The notes: a model not told the origin generated them from the letters alone. 56,714 nucleotides of DNA from Candidatus Nomurabacteria bacterium (GCA_020851595.1 JADZCK010000019.1:1-56714), one strand, 5' to 3'. Positions 27,782-39,203 are shown, counted from the stretch's first letter. Made by a program: numbers and translations.

Positions 27782-29584
27782 CTATCTTTTTGATTTCACC
27801 CTTTCTAATTCTGTTAAATATTTCTTGCGAAGCCGGACTGATTTGGGTGTGACTTCCAGATATTCGTCGTGATTCATTACTTCAAGGCCGCGTTCGATAC
27901 TGAGTGTGAATACTGGGTTTAGGACTATCGCTTCATCTGTACCAGAAGCGCGCATGTTGGTAAGTTGTTTACCTTTTGTAGGGTTTACAGACATATCGTC
28001 TCCCTTCAAAACGTTACCTATTACCATACCTTCATAAACCTCTGTTCCATGACCCACATATAGTATACCACGTTCTTGTAAATTTGCAAGGGAAAAGGCT
28101 ACAGCCTTGCCAGAAACCATAGAAGTCATGGATCCATACTCTCTTTTCTTTATTTCGCCAGCGTATTCTTTGAACCCAGTAACACGAGAAGACATGATCC
28201 CTTCCCCTTTTGTATCTATGATAAATTCCCCTCTATAACCCAAAAGTCCACGAGTTGGTATATCGAAAATAATCCTTGCTACACCTTCTTTTTCAACCAT
28301 ATCCTTCATAATTCCACGTCTCTTACCTATTTTTTCAATAACAGTTCCACTTGATTCCATAGGAACATCTATTACCAGCTCTTCGTAAGGTTCGGTCTTA
28401 ACCCCATTTTCTTCTTTGATGATTACCTCCGGTTGAGACACTTGCATCTCAAAACCCTCTCGACGCATATTTTCAAGTAGTATAGCTACATGAAGTTCAC
28501 CTCTTCCATAAACTTTAAAAAATGAAGGTCCAGATTTATTTTCACCTTGGTCTGGAGAGAAATCAACCCTAAGCCCGACATTTATTTCCAATTCTTTTTC
28601 TAGCCTTTCTTTGATTTGTCTTGAAGTAACGAATTTCCCTTCTTTCCCAGCAAAAGGAGAGTCATTGACCAAGAAATTAAGAGAAAGAGTCGGTTCATCA
28701 ATAGCTATGTGGGGAAGCATTTCTACACTTTCATCTTCGCAAATTGTTTCTCCTATGTATATGTCTGGAATGCCTGCCAAAAGCACAATATCCCCAGAAG
28801 TCGCAAAATCGACTTCTTTTCTGTTAAGACCTTCAAAACTAAAGAGTTTTGTTATTTTCCCTTTTCGTGTACCATTCTCCCCTTTTACAAAAACCTGACT
28901 TCCAGATAAAACTTTACCAGAATAAATACGAGCGACGGCCATTCTACCCAAAAAGTTGTCATACCCTAGATTGAAAACTTGCGCAGACATTTTGCCACTC
29001 TCGTCAAGAGATGCTGGAGGAACTTTTTCTAAAATCAAATCAAGCAATGGAGAAAGATCTGTGGATTTATCTCCTAAATTTTTAAATGCCAGACCGGTAC
29101 GCCCTATCGCATAAATAGTTTCAAAATTTGCTTGTTCTTCGTTTGCACCTAATTCGAAAAATAATTCTAAAACTTCTTCGTGCACTCTGTGTGGATCAGC
29201 TGCTGGTTTATCTATTTTATTTATAACAACAATAGGCTTCAATCCTAATTCCAAAGATTTCTTTAAAACGAATCTAGTCTGTGGCATAGGACCTTCTACT
29301 GCATCCACAAGCAAAAGCACAGAATCGATAGCGCGCAAGACACGTTCTACTTCAGAACCGAAATCAGCGTGGCCTGGCGTATCTACTATGTTGATCTTCG
29401 TATCTTTATAATAAATAGAAGTATTTTTAGAATAAATAGTAATACCACGCTCTTTTTCAAGATCGTTTGAATCCATCGATACTCCTTCGTCTTGGATAGC
29501 ACCATTTTGCTTCATTAAAGCATCAGTCAAAGTGGTTTTGCCATGGTCAACATGAGCTATTATTGCTATATTTCTAATTTCCAT
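27782..29584 (-). CDS. typA: translational GTPase TypA/BipA
   Basis: IRNIAIIAHVDHGKTTL, DTPGHADF, NKID, and full-length BipA architecture. Confidence 0.93.
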   Translation of the reverse strand: MEIRNIAIIAHVDHGKTTLTDALMKQNGAIQDEGVSMDSNDLEKERGITIYSKNTSIYYKDTKINIVDTPGHADFGSEVERVLRAIDSVLLLVDAVEGPMPQTRFVLKKSLELGLKPIVVINKIDKPAADPHRVHEEVLELFFELGANEEQANFETIYAIGRTGLAFKNLGDKSTDLSPLLDLILEKVPPASLDESGKMSAQVFNLGYDNFLGRMAVARIYSGKVLSGSQVFVKGENGTRKGKITKLFSFEGLNRKEVDFATSGDIVLLAGIPDIYIGETICEDESVEMLPHIAIDEPTLSLNFLVNDSPFAGKEGKFVTSRQIKERLEKELEINVGLRVDFSPDQGENKSGPSFFKVYGRGELHVAILLENMRREGFEMQVSQPEVIIKEENGVKTEPYEELVIDVPMESSGTVIEKIGKRRGIMKDMVEKEGVARIIFDIPTRGLLGYRGEFIIDTKGEGIMSSRVTGFKEYAGEIKKREYGSMTSMVSGKAVAFSLANLQERGILYVGHGTEVYEGMVIGNVLKGDDMSVNPTKGKQLTNMRASGTDEAIVLNPVFTLSIERGLEVMNHDEYLEVTPKSVRLRKKYLTELERVKSKR

Positions 29585-29701
29585 AAATAATTTTATTTCA
29601 AAAATTTTAATTACCTCCTGTATGAAAGAAAAAAGCCCGAAGGCCTTTAGGTGAACTATTTTATAATAACATATTTAATCAAAAACTACAAATTTTACTG
29701 A

Positions 29702-29749
29702 ACTTAAAATTAAAACCACCAGCTAATGCTCGTGGTTTTAATTTTAAGT
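29702..29749 (-). terminator. 18-bp perfect-stem hairpin downstream of 29774-30217
   Basis: acttaaaattaaaaccac (29702-29719) pairs with gtggttttaattttaagt (29732-29749). Confidence 0.6.
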
Positions 29750-29773
29750 TATTAATACGACCTTATATTAATC

Positions 29774-30217
29774 CTATTTTTTGTTTCTGTTACCAAAACC
29801 AGTTTGGTTTACCATCTTAACTATTTTCGCGGTTAAAATGTTTGTCGTTTTATCCAAAGCTCCGACAACTATCACCTTTTGCCCAACGACAAGGTCAAAA
29901 GAAGATGCATCAAGACCATTTTTCTTATAAACAGTATTTGCATCAGTTTTTACATCCACCGATGAAGTTACTTTTGTTCTCATATTCTTCAACTCCAATG
30001 TAAAACCAGAAGCATTTACCGCAGATACACTACCGACAACATTATCCCTTTCTCTATTTTTATCTTTTAAATGTTTATTATTCTTTTGTTGCCTTTGGTA
30101 AGTCTGCTGAACATTTTTAATTCCTAGATCTTGTGGTGTTGCCGCAAAAACACTAGAACCTCCGACTAAAAGCGATATAGCGAGCGCACCTGTAGCAATG
30201 TGTTTTTTGTATTTCAT
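29774..30217 (-). CDS. small secreted protein, function unknown
   Basis: Signal peptide (LAISLLVGGSSVFA/A) followed by a beta-rich 90-aa domain. It is the last gene after the two-component pair. Confidence 0.45.
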   Translation of the reverse strand: MKYKKHIATGALAISLLVGGSSVFAATPQDLGIKNVQQTYQRQQKNNKHLKDKNRERDNVVGSVSAVNASGFTLELKNMRTKVTSSVDVKTDANTVYKKNGLDASSFDLVVGQKVIVVGALDKTTNILTAKIVKMVNQTGFGNRNKK

Positions 30218-30341
30218 ATAATTTATTTAATTAATTTTATCTAATAAGAATATTTATTCATTCCTTCGTTTATTAATTAATAATTACTCAAAACGACCAT
30301 TTAGAGTAGTCTACATATTATACAAAAACACGATGAAGTTA

Positions 30342-31367
30342 TTATGAAGAAATAGGTAGAGAGATAATAACGTTTGTACCCTTATTTACTTGGCTTTTTA
30401 TAACTATAGTGCCCTTGTGATTTTCAATAATTTTTTTAGAAAGTGTTAGCCCGAGTCCAGCTCCATTTGTGTGGCGTGATGCATCTCCCCTAAAAAATGG
30501 ATCAAATATTTTGTTTAAAATATCTTCTCTGATTCCTACTCCATTATCATTTATATTCACGATATATTTATTTGAAGTTACTTTATCTGAAATACTTATA
30601 GTCCCAGAATCTTTCGTGTACTTTATCGCATTATCTAAAATATTAAAAAATACACGGGAAAGCTCTATCTTATTGCCCTTTACTGAAGCATTTGAAGATA
30701 TTTTATTTTCTATATTTATATTTTTCACAATTGCCAAACTTTTATTTTTTTCTACGATATCATTTACAAGAAGAGATATATTTATATTTTCATATTCTAC
30801 TTCTACCGCTCTATCGTATTTAGAAAGGTCGAGAAGATTGTTGCTGAGTTTAGAAAATTCTCTCATTTCTTCTAAAGTATTTTCTAGAGTTTTCTTTGCG
30901 CTAGCTAGGTCTAAATTCTTATTGTTCAGGTTCACTTCGAGCCCAGAGATAACCACAGCTATAGGAGTACGAAGCTCGTGTGAAGCGTCTGCAACAAACC
31001 TCTTTTGTTTTTGCATATTGGATTCTATAGGTTCTAATGTTTTGTTTGTAAGTAAAAATCCAAGAATAATTATGAAAAATATAATTGCGCTATCTATCGA
31101 AATAAAACGATTGAGAAGTATATCTTGAGCCTTATCTATTATTGCTTGGCCAATACGTGGGTCTAAAAATATATTTTGGGATATAGACTCCGTTAAATTA
31201 GAAAGAATCATATTGTAAAGAACAATACTAGAACCTCCCAAGATTATTATCGCAGTAATGGAATAGTAAAAAGTAAGCCTGATACGCGCGATAAAAAATT
31301 CATCGCTTTTTAGATCAGCCTTCCATTTTGTAACCGACTCCGCGAATTGTTTGTATAATTTTCCCAT
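30342..31367 (-). CDS. sensor histidine kinase
   Basis: Two TM helices, H-box FVADASHELRTPI, N box NILDNAIKY, G boxes DNGVGI and GAGLGL. It overlaps the regulator gene by 53 nt if the ATG at 31367 is used. Confidence 0.88.
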   Translation of the reverse strand: MGKLYKQFAESVTKWKADLKSDEFFIARIRLTFYYSITAIIILGGSSIVLYNMILSNLTESISQNIFLDPRIGQAIIDKAQDILLNRFISIDSAIIFFIIILGFLLTNKTLEPIESNMQKQKRFVADASHELRTPIAVVISGLEVNLNNKNLDLASAKKTLENTLEEMREFSKLSNNLLDLSKYDRAVEVEYENINISLLVNDIVEKNKSLAIVKNINIENKISSNASVKGNKIELSRVFFNILDNAIKYTKDSGTISISDKVTSNKYIVNINDNGVGIREDILNKIFDPFFRGDASRHTNGAGLGLTLSKKIIENHKGTIVIKSQVNKGTNVIISLPISS

Positions 31368-31983
31368 TATCGTGAATTTTTCTTCTTAGATTTTTTATAT
31401 GCACATCGACAGTGTTACTAAAAGACGAATCTGCAAAATCCCAAGCGTGAGAATAAAGTTCATCTCGAGTAATCACTTTATTTAAATTACGCATCAAATA
31501 TTCTAATACCATAAATTCTTTTAATGTTAAAGAAATGGGTTTATCTTTATAAGTCACCATCCTGCTCGTCGTATTAATACTAGCATTGTGAGAAGTAAGC
31601 ACAATAGGTGAAGTTTTCTTTGGTCTACGCAATAAAGCATGAATGCGAGCCAGAAGTTCCTTAAAAGCAAATGGTTTTGCCAAATAATCATCCGCCCCAG
31701 CATCGAGCCCTGTGACTTTATCATCAGTAGCATCGAGCGCCGTAAGCATCAACACTGGAACAACTACATCGTTCTCTCTCCAATTATGACAGACAGCCAC
31801 TCCATCTTTTCCTGGAAGCATTCTATCCAGAACCACGAGATCGTATTCATCGCGATTTAGCAATATACGCTTCTCTGCCACAAGACCATCTTCGACAACA
31901 TCGACAGCATAGCCTTCCTGCATAAGCCCTTGTTTTAAATTTTCCGCCAATTTTGTGTTATCTTCAACAACCAATATTTTCAT
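31315..31983 (-). CDS. OmpR-family response regulator
   Basis: Receiver domain MKILVVEDN...DLVVLDRMLPGKDG plus winged-helix output domain (TLKEFMVLEYLM...IQTIRGVGYKM). Start trimmed to the ATG at 31983. Confidence 0.9.
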   Translation of the reverse strand: MKILVVEDNTKLAENLKQGLMQEGYAVDVVEDGLVAEKRILLNRDEYDLVVLDRMLPGKDGVAVCHNWRENDVVVPVLMLTALDATDDKVTGLDAGADDYLAKPFAFKELLARIHALLRRPKKTSPIVLTSHNASINTTSRMVTYKDKPISLTLKEFMVLEYLMRNLNKVITRDELYSHAWDFADSSFSNTVDVHIKNLRRKIHDNGKIIQTIRGVGYKMEG

Positions 31984-32083
31984 ATATTTATATAGTATCA
32001 CTTTGATATGAAAACTTCATGAAGTATAAAAAACCAAAAGAGGTGCAAAAATATTATTTTTATGTTATTTTAGTTATGTAAAT

Positions 32084-32167
32084 GCGTCGGTGGTAGAGTG
32101 GTCAATTACAACAGACTGTAAATCTGTCGGCCTTAGGCCTACGAAGGTTCGAATCCTTCCCGACGCA
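32084..32167 (+). tRNA. tRNA-Tyr: tRNA-Tyr (anticodon GTA), type II with long variable arm; CCA not encoded
   Basis: Hand fold: acceptor gcgtcgg/ccgacgc, anticodon stem acaga/tctgt with loop ctGTAaa, T arm gaagg-ttcgaat-ccttc. Confidence 0.88.
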
Positions 32168-32175
32168 CAACAAAT

Positions 32176-34872
32176 TTAAACCTCTGATTTAGAACGTACT
32201 CGGATAGTGCTTTTTATTTTTCCTTTTTTGGTTTCGATAAAGAGTTCGTCTTTTTTTATTGAAACAATGACGACATCTCCTTTCTTTACTTCGTTTGAGA
32301 TAATGTGCGTAGCAACAGGATTCAAAATTTTATTTTGAATTAAGCGATTAAGTGGTCTTGCTCCATAATGTGGATCATATCCTTCTTTAGCAAGATATGA
32401 TAAGGCTTCATCAGAAATCTCAAAGCTTATCCCCTTTCCGGACAACCGGTCAGCGACGACTTTTATTCTCAATTTTACTATTTCTTTCAAAGCAGATTCT
32501 GGTAAAACATCAAAGACAATAATTTCATCAAGTCTATTTAAGAATTCTGGACGGAAATTATCTTTGAGCGCTTCCATTACCTTATCTTTCATATTACTAT
32601 AATCCTCTTTTGTAGAATTATTTGAGAAGCCAATAGACTCCATCCTTTGTACAAACTGAGAACCAATATTTGAAGTCAGAACAATAATAGTATTTTTAAA
32701 ATTAACAACCCTGCCTTTTCCATCAGTAAGTCTTCCTTCATCTATGACTTGCAAAAGCACATTGAAAATTTCTGGGTGAGCTTTTTCAATTTCATCAAAA
32801 AGAACAACCGCATAAGGTCTATGACGCACAGCCTCTGTAAGCTGACCAGCCTCATCGTACCCCACATATCCTGGAGGAGACCCTATAAGTTTCGACATAG
32901 AATGTTTTTCCATATATTCCGACATATCCACTCGGATAATGGCATTGTCGTCATTAAACATAAACTGCGATAAAGCTTTTGTGAGCTCTGTCTTACCTAC
33001 TCCAGTGGGACCCAAGAATATAAATGAACCGATTGGTCTATTTGGATCACCAATACCTGCCCGTGAACGACGTATAACATCCGCAACCCTTTTTATAGCA
33101 GCATCTTGCCCGATAACCCTTTTGCTTAATTCTTCTTCCATTTTCTCCAATTTTGCGCGTTCTTCTTCTAGCATTTTAGTAAGAGGTATTCCAGTCCAGC
33201 GAGCAACAACTTCTGCTATATCTTCAGCTGTGATTTCTTCTTTTAATATTCTACGAGATTTTTGTAATTTTTTCAGACGCATAAGTTTTGTCTCGAGTTC
33301 TTTTTTAAGAGTAGGCATTTTACCATAACGAATCTCCGCAGCGAGAGAAAGATCTGCTTTCATTTCCGCATCCTCTGCTTCTAGGCGAATACTCTCGAGT
33401 TCTTTTTTGATTGCGCGAATTTCAGCGACAGTTTCTTTCTCATTCTGCCATTTCAATTCTATTTCTTTTGTTTTTTCAGTTAGATTTGCAATTTCTTTAT
33501 CTATTTCTTTGATTCTGCTTTTTATTTCTTTTTCTTTCTGTTTATCTTGATCTTCTGCGCTAGAAGCCACCTCTTTTTTTAGCGCTTCTTTTTCTATTTC
33601 AAAGCGCATTATCTTTCGGTGAGCATCTTCTAAAATAGGAGGCTTGTTTTCAAGCATTATTTTTAAGGAAGAAGAAGCTTCATCTATCAAATCCACAGCC
33701 TTATCTGGAAGAAATCTATTTGTGATATAACGTGAAGAAAAATTTACAGCAGCTACAATAGCGTCATCAGTGATGCGGATACCGTGAAAAAGTTCATATT
33801 TTTCTTTAAGCCCACGAAGAATAGTAATAGCATCCTCCACGCTCGGCTCATCGATGTACACAGGCTGAAAACGACGAGCCAAAGCCGGATCTTTTTCAAT
33901 ATGTTTCTGATACTCTCTTAGGGTCGTCGCGCCAATAGCCCTGAGTTCTCCTCTCGAAAGTGCTGGCTTTAACATATTCGAAGCATCCATAGTGCCTTCT
34001 GCCCCACCAGCCCCTACTATGGTGTGTATCTCATCAATAAAGAGAATTATCTTACCATCAGAACGTTCTATCTCTTTCATTATACCCTTCAATCTTTCCT
34101 CAAATTCTCCGCGGTATTTTGTTCCAGCCACAAGCATCCCAAGATCAAGAGATACTAGCTCTTTTTCTTTTAATGATTCTGGTACATTATTTTTTGCAAT
34201 CATTTGAGCCAATCCTTCTACTACCGCAGTCTTTCCTGTACCAGCTTCACCTATTAAAATAGGATTGTTTTTTGTTCTGCGAGAAAGTATTTGCATTATG
34301 CGAGTTATCTCGTTATCGCGACCAATAACAGGATCCAGTTTATCTTCTTTCGCAAGCTTGGTTAAATTGCGAGTATATTTTATTAATAATTTAAATTTCT
34401 TTGGTTCAGAAATATCTGTAATATTTTGGCTGCGAAGTTCTTCTAAAACTTTCATCACTTGATCCTTATGAATTCTAAACTTAGAAAGTGTTTCTCTTGC
34501 CTCGCTATTTATATCAAGAAGCGCGACAAAAAGATGTTCTGTTGATACGAAATCATCTTTCATATATTCTGCAAGTTTTACTGACTGTTCTATCACCTGT
34601 GCAAGATCTGGATTTAAATATATTTGATATGAAGGAGAAATAGTACTGTGTGATTCTGGTTGTTCAATCAATTCTAAAACAGAATCCAAAAGCAAGACTG
34701 TATCTATCTCGAGTTTATCTAGTACAGAAGTCACCATAGATTCTTCAGCCAATAGTAAAGCTCCAAGTAAATGCAAGGTGGAAACATGGTTTACTCCACG
34801 CTCTATAGCGAGTTCGTGGGCTTTTTTTATGGCTTCTTTTGCTTTAGTTGTAAATTTATTTAATGGTGGCAT
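32176..34872 (-). CDS. clpB: ATP-dependent chaperone ClpB
   Basis: Clp N domain, two AAA+ modules ([16 protein letters not shown]), and a long coiled-coil middle domain between them. Confidence 0.93.
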   Translation of the reverse strand: MPPLNKFTTKAKEAIKKAHELAIERGVNHVSTLHLLGALLLAEESMVTSVLDKLEIDTVLLLDSVLELIEQPESHSTISPSYQIYLNPDLAQVIEQSVKLAEYMKDDFVSTEHLFVALLDINSEARETLSKFRIHKDQVMKVLEELRSQNITDISEPKKFKLLIKYTRNLTKLAKEDKLDPVIGRDNEITRIMQILSRRTKNNPILIGEAGTGKTAVVEGLAQMIAKNNVPESLKEKELVSLDLGMLVAGTKYRGEFEERLKGIMKEIERSDGKIILFIDEIHTIVGAGGAEGTMDASNMLKPALSRGELRAIGATTLREYQKHIEKDPALARRFQPVYIDEPSVEDAITILRGLKEKYELFHGIRITDDAIVAAVNFSSRYITNRFLPDKAVDLIDEASSSLKIMLENKPPILEDAHRKIMRFEIEKEALKKEVASSAEDQDKQKEKEIKSRIKEIDKEIANLTEKTKEIELKWQNEKETVAEIRAIKKELESIRLEAEDAEMKADLSLAAEIRYGKMPTLKKELETKLMRLKKLQKSRRILKEEITAEDIAEVVARWTGIPLTKMLEEERAKLEKMEEELSKRVIGQDAAIKRVADVIRRSRAGIGDPNRPIGSFIFLGPTGVGKTELTKALSQFMFNDDNAIIRVDMSEYMEKHSMSKLIGSPPGYVGYDEAGQLTEAVRHRPYAVVLFDEIEKAHPEIFNVLLQVIDEGRLTDGKGRVVNFKNTIIVLTSNIGSQFVQRMESIGFSNNSTKEDYSNMKDKVMEALKDNFRPEFLNRLDEIIVFDVLPESALKEIVKLRIKVVADRLSGKGISFEISDEALSYLAKEGYDPHYGARPLNRLIQNKILNPVATHIISNEVKKGDVVIVSIKKDELFIETKKGKIKSTIRVRSKSEV

Positions 34873-34933
34873 AAAATTTATTTGTAAATTATTAATTACG
34901 AATAATGATGAACCAGAAACTTACAATTACAAA

Positions 34934-35722
34934 TTATGGAGTTTTTGGTTTAGCAGAATCTGTCTTGAGGGGATTCAAAACATCATTAATATTTTTTATT
35001 GAGGCAAAAGACAAACCATCTGGGGAAAGGGCTATACCCAATACTTCTCCGTCTAAATTGAGAACCACACCTCCCGCATTTGATTTTGTAACACTTAGAT
35101 CTATGTTTTTATTTGCATTCAACCCCTCAAAAATAAAAGACGAAAGTGTTCCACCCATCAGCAAAATCTTTTGCCCGATTTTCATTTTCTCTAAATCTCC
35201 AAAAACTGGTACGGTAAATGCAAGTTTACTTTTCTCGTCAACTGGATCTCCTATTTTTATAAAAGAAAAACCAGCTTTATCTGTTGATACAAAATCTGCT
35301 TTAAATTTACCGCTATCATTTTTTACATAATAAACTGCCCTATCTGGTACAAGTGAAGCATCAGCTACAACGATACCATCTTTCGAAACTGCAAAGCCTC
35401 TGCCGGCATAAGCTTCAATAAATTTTCCGTCAAAATCTGTAGTCTCCCTAGTAATCGAAAATACAGCAGATTTATTTTTTGCAATTGCATCCACCACGAG
35501 ATCTTCTTCTTTAACAATTACGGTCTGAGTAATAGTCTTTCCTTCTACTTGTTGTATTTTCTCAACAGTTTGCTGTATTACTCGATTTACTGGAACAGTA
35601 AAAGAAGCTGGCGCTTGTTGCATTAACGTGACAGTAGTTATACCTGTAGCGATGGAAGTAACGAAGCTCAAAAGCACCGCCAAGAGAATGAGTTGTGATT
35701 TGTTTAGATCTTTGATATCCAT
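34934..35722 (-). CDS. membrane-anchored trypsin/HtrA-fold protein lacking catalytic His and Ser (pseudo-protease)
   Basis: N-terminal TM. GRGFAVSKDGIVVADASLV replaces G.GF....G.I.TN.HV, and SNAGGVVLNLDGEVLGIA replaces GNSGGPL.N..GEVIGI. Confidence 0.5.
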   Translation of the reverse strand: MDIKDLNKSQLILLAVLLSFVTSIATGITTVTLMQQAPASFTVPVNRVIQQTVEKIQQVEGKTITQTVIVKEEDLVVDAIAKNKSAVFSITRETTDFDGKFIEAYAGRGFAVSKDGIVVADASLVPDRAVYYVKNDSGKFKADFVSTDKAGFSFIKIGDPVDEKSKLAFTVPVFGDLEKMKIGQKILLMGGTLSSFIFEGLNANKNIDLSVTKSNAGGVVLNLDGEVLGIALSPDGLSFASIKNINDVLNPLKTDSAKPKTP

Positions 35723-35725
35723 GAC

Positions 35726-36859
35726 CTAATAATACCATTTTTTTAGTTTTTGCAAAATCACTGAAAGAGTTTTGATTGTATAATCTATATCACTTTTTTT
35801 TGTATCTCGGCCAAGAGAAAAACGAAGTCCACCTATTTCAAGGTCAGCTTCGGGGCGTATCGCTTTTATAACATATGAGCCTTCAGCCTTTGAGCTTTTA
35901 CAGGCACTTTTTGATGAAGCCATTATCCCTTTTGCGGAAAGTTCTATCATAAGCAGGTCACTCGGAATCTTTGGAAAAGTAATATTTATATTGTTTGGTA
36001 ATCTATTTTCTAAATCACCATTTACTAACACAGAAAATTCTCCAAAATTTTTAATAATTTTTTGTACAAAATAATCACGAAGTTTTGTTAATCTTTTATT
36101 TTCTTTTTCTTTTACGTCTTGTATTTTTTTTAAAGCAGAAGAAAATTTAATAATTTCTTGCAAATTCTCTGTACCTGGACGCAACCCCATCTCTTGGTCT
36201 CCCCCACCAAATACATTCGCAAGAGATACGTTTCGTTTCTTATAAAGAAGCCCTACCCTTCCAGAATCTTCGATTTTTGCGCCAGATATAGATAAAAGAT
36301 CAACGCCTAACCTTTCGACATTAAGATCTAAATAATTTACAGCTTGCACCGCATCAGTATGAAATAAAACCTTTTTGTGGTTTGTCTTATTATAATGCCT
36401 AATTTCTTTTGCAATTTCTTTTATGGGTTGAATTGTGCCAATTTCATTGTTTGCGTACATTACAGAAACAAGAATAGTATTTTCTTTTATTTCTTTTTTT
36501 ATTTTCTTCGGATTTACTATTCCATTTTCTTCGACTGGCACAATAGATATTTCTGCTAATTTTCTTTTTTCTAATAATTTAAAAGTTTCAAGGACAGACG
36601 GATGTTCTATATTTGTAGTTATGATGTGAGGAAAAAAAGAAGAAGCTAAAACTACCCCTTGTATGGCAAGGTTGTTGCTTTCCGTAGCTCCACTTGTAAA
36701 TATTATTTCATCTTTATGAGCACTCAAAACACTAGCGACGATAGTGCGAGAGCTTTCTAATTTGTTTTTAGCTAAAACTCCAGCACTATGTATAGAACTA
36801 GGATTCGGCAACACCGAAGCTGCGTAATCTAGATATATATTTTTGTTTGATTTCGCCAT
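35726..36859 (-). CDS. class V aminotransferase / cysteine desulfurase (NifS/IscS-like)
   Basis: IYLDYAAS, SGATESNN, HTDAVQA, ISGAKI (PLP lysine), SACKSS near the C-terminus. Confidence 0.8.
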   Translation of the reverse strand: MAKSNKNIYLDYAASVLPNPSSIHSAGVLAKNKLESSRTIVASVLSAHKDEIIFTSGATESNNLAIQGVVLASSFFPHIITTNIEHPSVLETFKLLEKRKLAEISIVPVEENGIVNPKKIKKEIKENTILVSVMYANNEIGTIQPIKEIAKEIRHYNKTNHKKVLFHTDAVQAVNYLDLNVERLGVDLLSISGAKIEDSGRVGLLYKKRNVSLANVFGGGDQEMGLRPGTENLQEIIKFSSALKKIQDVKEKENKRLTKLRDYFVQKIIKNFGEFSVLVNGDLENRLPNNINITFPKIPSDLLMIELSAKGIMASSKSACKSSKAEGSYVIKAIRPEADLEIGGLRFSLGRDTKKSDIDYTIKTLSVILQKLKKWYY

Positions 36860-36883
36860 AAAAATAGTATATATTGAAATTGT

Positions 36884-37351
36884 ATGAATATAAAGCTCGA
36901 CACTGTTTTTCCTTTGGTTTTTTTTATTTTAACTGGTATAGCCATTTTGATTGGGGCTGTCTGGATTTTTGTCACCGAAAAACGTTTAAAAAGATTTTTT
37001 CTTGGTAAAAAAGCAAAAGATCTGGAAGACACTATCATAATGCTTGAAACTGAAATAAAAAATCTAAGCAAAGCAAGAGAAAGTATTGAAAAAGAATTGA
37101 GTGTGATGAATGCAAAACTCAAGAAAAGCATTCGTGGCCTTGAGGTGATACGTTTCAACCCCTTTCCAGACCAAGGTAGCAACCAAAGTTTTGCTATCGG
37201 AATGTTGAACGAAGAAAATGATGGACTTGTTGTTTCTAGCCTTTACTCTCGTGATCGAATGAGTGTTTTCGCGAAGCCTATTAAAAATGGACAATCTCCA
37301 TATGAGCTTTCTGTAGAAGAAAAAGAAGCGCTTCAAAAAGCAAAAGTTTAA
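36884..37351 (+). CDS. DUF4446-like protein
   Basis: N-terminal TM, coiled coil, then RFNPFPDQGSNQSFAIGMLNEENDGLVVSSLYSRD..SVFAKPI, as I remember for DUF4446. Confidence 0.6.
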   Translation: MNIKLDTVFPLVFFILTGIAILIGAVWIFVTEKRLKRFFLGKKAKDLEDTIIMLETEIKNLSKARESIEKELSVMNAKLKKSIRGLEVIRFNPFPDQGSNQSFAIGMLNEENDGLVVSSLYSRDRMSVFAKPIKNGQSPYELSVEEKEALQKAKV

Positions 37352-37362
37352 ATAAAATAAAT

Positions 37363-38880
37363 ATGGATAAAAATGATAAAAAATCAAATATAGAAGCGCG
37401 CCCACCTGTAGTAGTAGTGATGGGTCATATTGACCATGGCAAATCCACCCTACTCGACTACATAAGAAATACAAACATAGTAGCTAGCGAGACAGGTGGT
37501 ATCACTCAGACTATTTCTGCATATGAAGTTGTGCATAAAGACGAGAATGGCGAAGATAAAAAAATAACTTTCTTGGATACCCCAGGACATGAGGCTTTTT
37601 CCAAAATGCGTGAGCGTGGAGCAGAGATAGCGGACATAGCCATACTAGTAGTGTCAGCGGAAGATGGAGTAAAACCTCAGACGATAGAGGCTTGGAAAAC
37701 TATCGTTGAATCAGGGATACCTTCGATAGTAGCAATAAATAAAATAGATAAACCTGGAGCCAACATAGAAAAAACAAAAATGGAATTGGCTGAGCATGAA
37801 ATATATTTAGAAAATTATGGAGGCAAAATTCCTTGCGCAGAAATCTCTGCAAAAGTGGGCACTGGTGTAGACGGACTTCTTTCCCTTATCCTCATACTAG
37901 CTGAAATGGAAAACTTTACAGGGAATAGTGACGAAGAAGCATCTGGTTTTGTAATTGAAGTAAACTTGGATTCCAGGAGAGGCATACTTGCGACACTTAT
38001 CATCAAAAATGGTTCTATAAAAAAAGGAATGACCGTGGCGGTGGAAGATAGTATTTGTTCTACAAGAATAATAGAAAATTTCTTGGGCAAAAATATCGAC
38101 GAAGCTTCTTTTTCCTCCCCTATCCGTATTGTTGGTTTTGATAAAATGCCTAGAGTCGGCGCGCAATTTAAAACTTTCAAAAAGAAATCTGACGCTGAAC
38201 AATATGCAAAAGAATGGCAAGAAAATAAAAAAAAGGTAAATACAAATACTTCTAAAGAAAACCAAGATACAAACAAGAAAATAATTCCGATAGTATTAAA
38301 AGCTGATGTTTCTGGATCAATAGAAGCGATAGAAAAAGAAATAGCTAAAATCAAAAATGATAACGCTGTATTTAAAATAGTAGTTAAAGGTATAGGCTCT
38401 ATCACTGAATCTGATATAAAAGGAATATCTTCTGGAGAGGATGCTATCGTCGTAGGATTCAATGTAAAAGCAGACAAGAGCGCTATCGAGATAGCTGAAA
38501 AAAGAGGAATCATTATTTCCTTCTTTGAAATCATTTATAAAATGACAGAATGGCTAGAAACACAGATGGAAGAAAAGAGGCCGAAGATTGAAACCATAGA
38601 GACGACAGGTCAAGCAAAAATAATCCGTGCGTTTAGCCGTACAAAAGAACGACAAATAATAGGCGGCAAGGTTACAAGCGGACAAATAAATTTAAATAGT
38701 ACTGTCAGAATAATGCGTAGGGATTTCGAAATCGGCAGAGGCAAAATAGTTAATTTGGAAAAAAGTAAGGTTAAAACGAACGAGGTAATAGAAGGTAATG
38801 AATTTGGAATGATGATCGAATCAAAAATAGAAGTTGTAGCTGGAGATGTAATAGAAGCATTTTCTATAGTTCAAAAATAA
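37363..38880 (+). CDS. infB: translation initiation factor IF-2 (short form, no N-terminal extension)
   Basis: [33 protein letters not shown]. The C-terminal IF-2 domains are present. Confidence 0.93.
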   Translation: MDKNDKKSNIEARPPVVVVMGHIDHGKSTLLDYIRNTNIVASETGGITQTISAYEVVHKDENGEDKKITFLDTPGHEAFSKMRERGAEIADIAILVVSAEDGVKPQTIEAWKTIVESGIPSIVAINKIDKPGANIEKTKMELAEHEIYLENYGGKIPCAEISAKVGTGVDGLLSLILILAEMENFTGNSDEEASGFVIEVNLDSRRGILATLIIKNGSIKKGMTVAVEDSICSTRIIENFLGKNIDEASFSSPIRIVGFDKMPRVGAQFKTFKKKSDAEQYAKEWQENKKKVNTNTSKENQDTNKKIIPIVLKADVSGSIEAIEKEIAKIKNDNAVFKIVVKGIGSITESDIKGISSGEDAIVVGFNVKADKSAIEIAEKRGIIISFFEIIYKMTEWLETQMEEKRPKIETIETTGQAKIIRAFSRTKERQIIGGKVTSGQINLNSTVRIMRRDFEIGRGKIVNLEKSKVKTNEVIEGNEFGMMIESKIEVVAGDVIEAFSIVQK

Positions 38881-38881
38881 T

Positions 38882-39202
38882 ATGCAAAGAAACGAAAAAG
38901 TCGCAAATAATATAAAAGAACTTTCTGCGCAATTCTTGGGGCGTGAAAATAACAGAACTTCACTTATCACGGTGACTTCTGCTACTGTATCCCCTGACCT
39001 AAAAAAAGCTACGATATTCATCACCGTGCTTCCAACAAGCAAAGAAAAAAACGCGCTAGACTTTGTAAAAAGACAACGCGGAGATTTGCGAGAGTTTTTA
39101 AAAAAGAGCATGCCAATAAAAGTAATACCTTTTATTGATGTTGAGATAGATGAAGGAGAAAAAAATAGACAGAAAATTGACGAATTGCTTCGAGCAAAGT
39201 AG
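38882..39202 (+). CDS. rbfA: ribosome-binding factor A
   Basis: 106 aa, with ITVTSATVSPDLKKATIFITVLP and infB-rbfA synteny. Confidence 0.82.
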   Translation: MQRNEKVANNIKELSAQFLGRENNRTSLITVTSATVSPDLKKATIFITVLPTSKEKNALDFVKRQRGDLREFLKKSMPIKVIPFIDVEIDEGEKNRQKIDELLRAK

Positions 39203-39203
39203 T

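Noticed and set aside
29585-29700. AGGAGG box and small gcc/ggc hairpin upstream of typA as an SD or riboswitch.
   Set aside because: The AGGAGG is about 30 nt from the typA ATG, too far to act as an SD. The hairpin is only 3-4 bp. No supported function.
37815-38534. 239-aa ORF antisense to infB. Similar antisense ORFs occur at 30469-31128 (versus the kinase), 53687-54229 (versus rpsA), 16441-16860 (versus rpsK), 34905-35330 and 7239-7697.
   Set aside because: Each lies wholly inside a confidently identified gene on the other strand and has low-complexity S/F/I-rich translations typical of AT-rich antisense frames.
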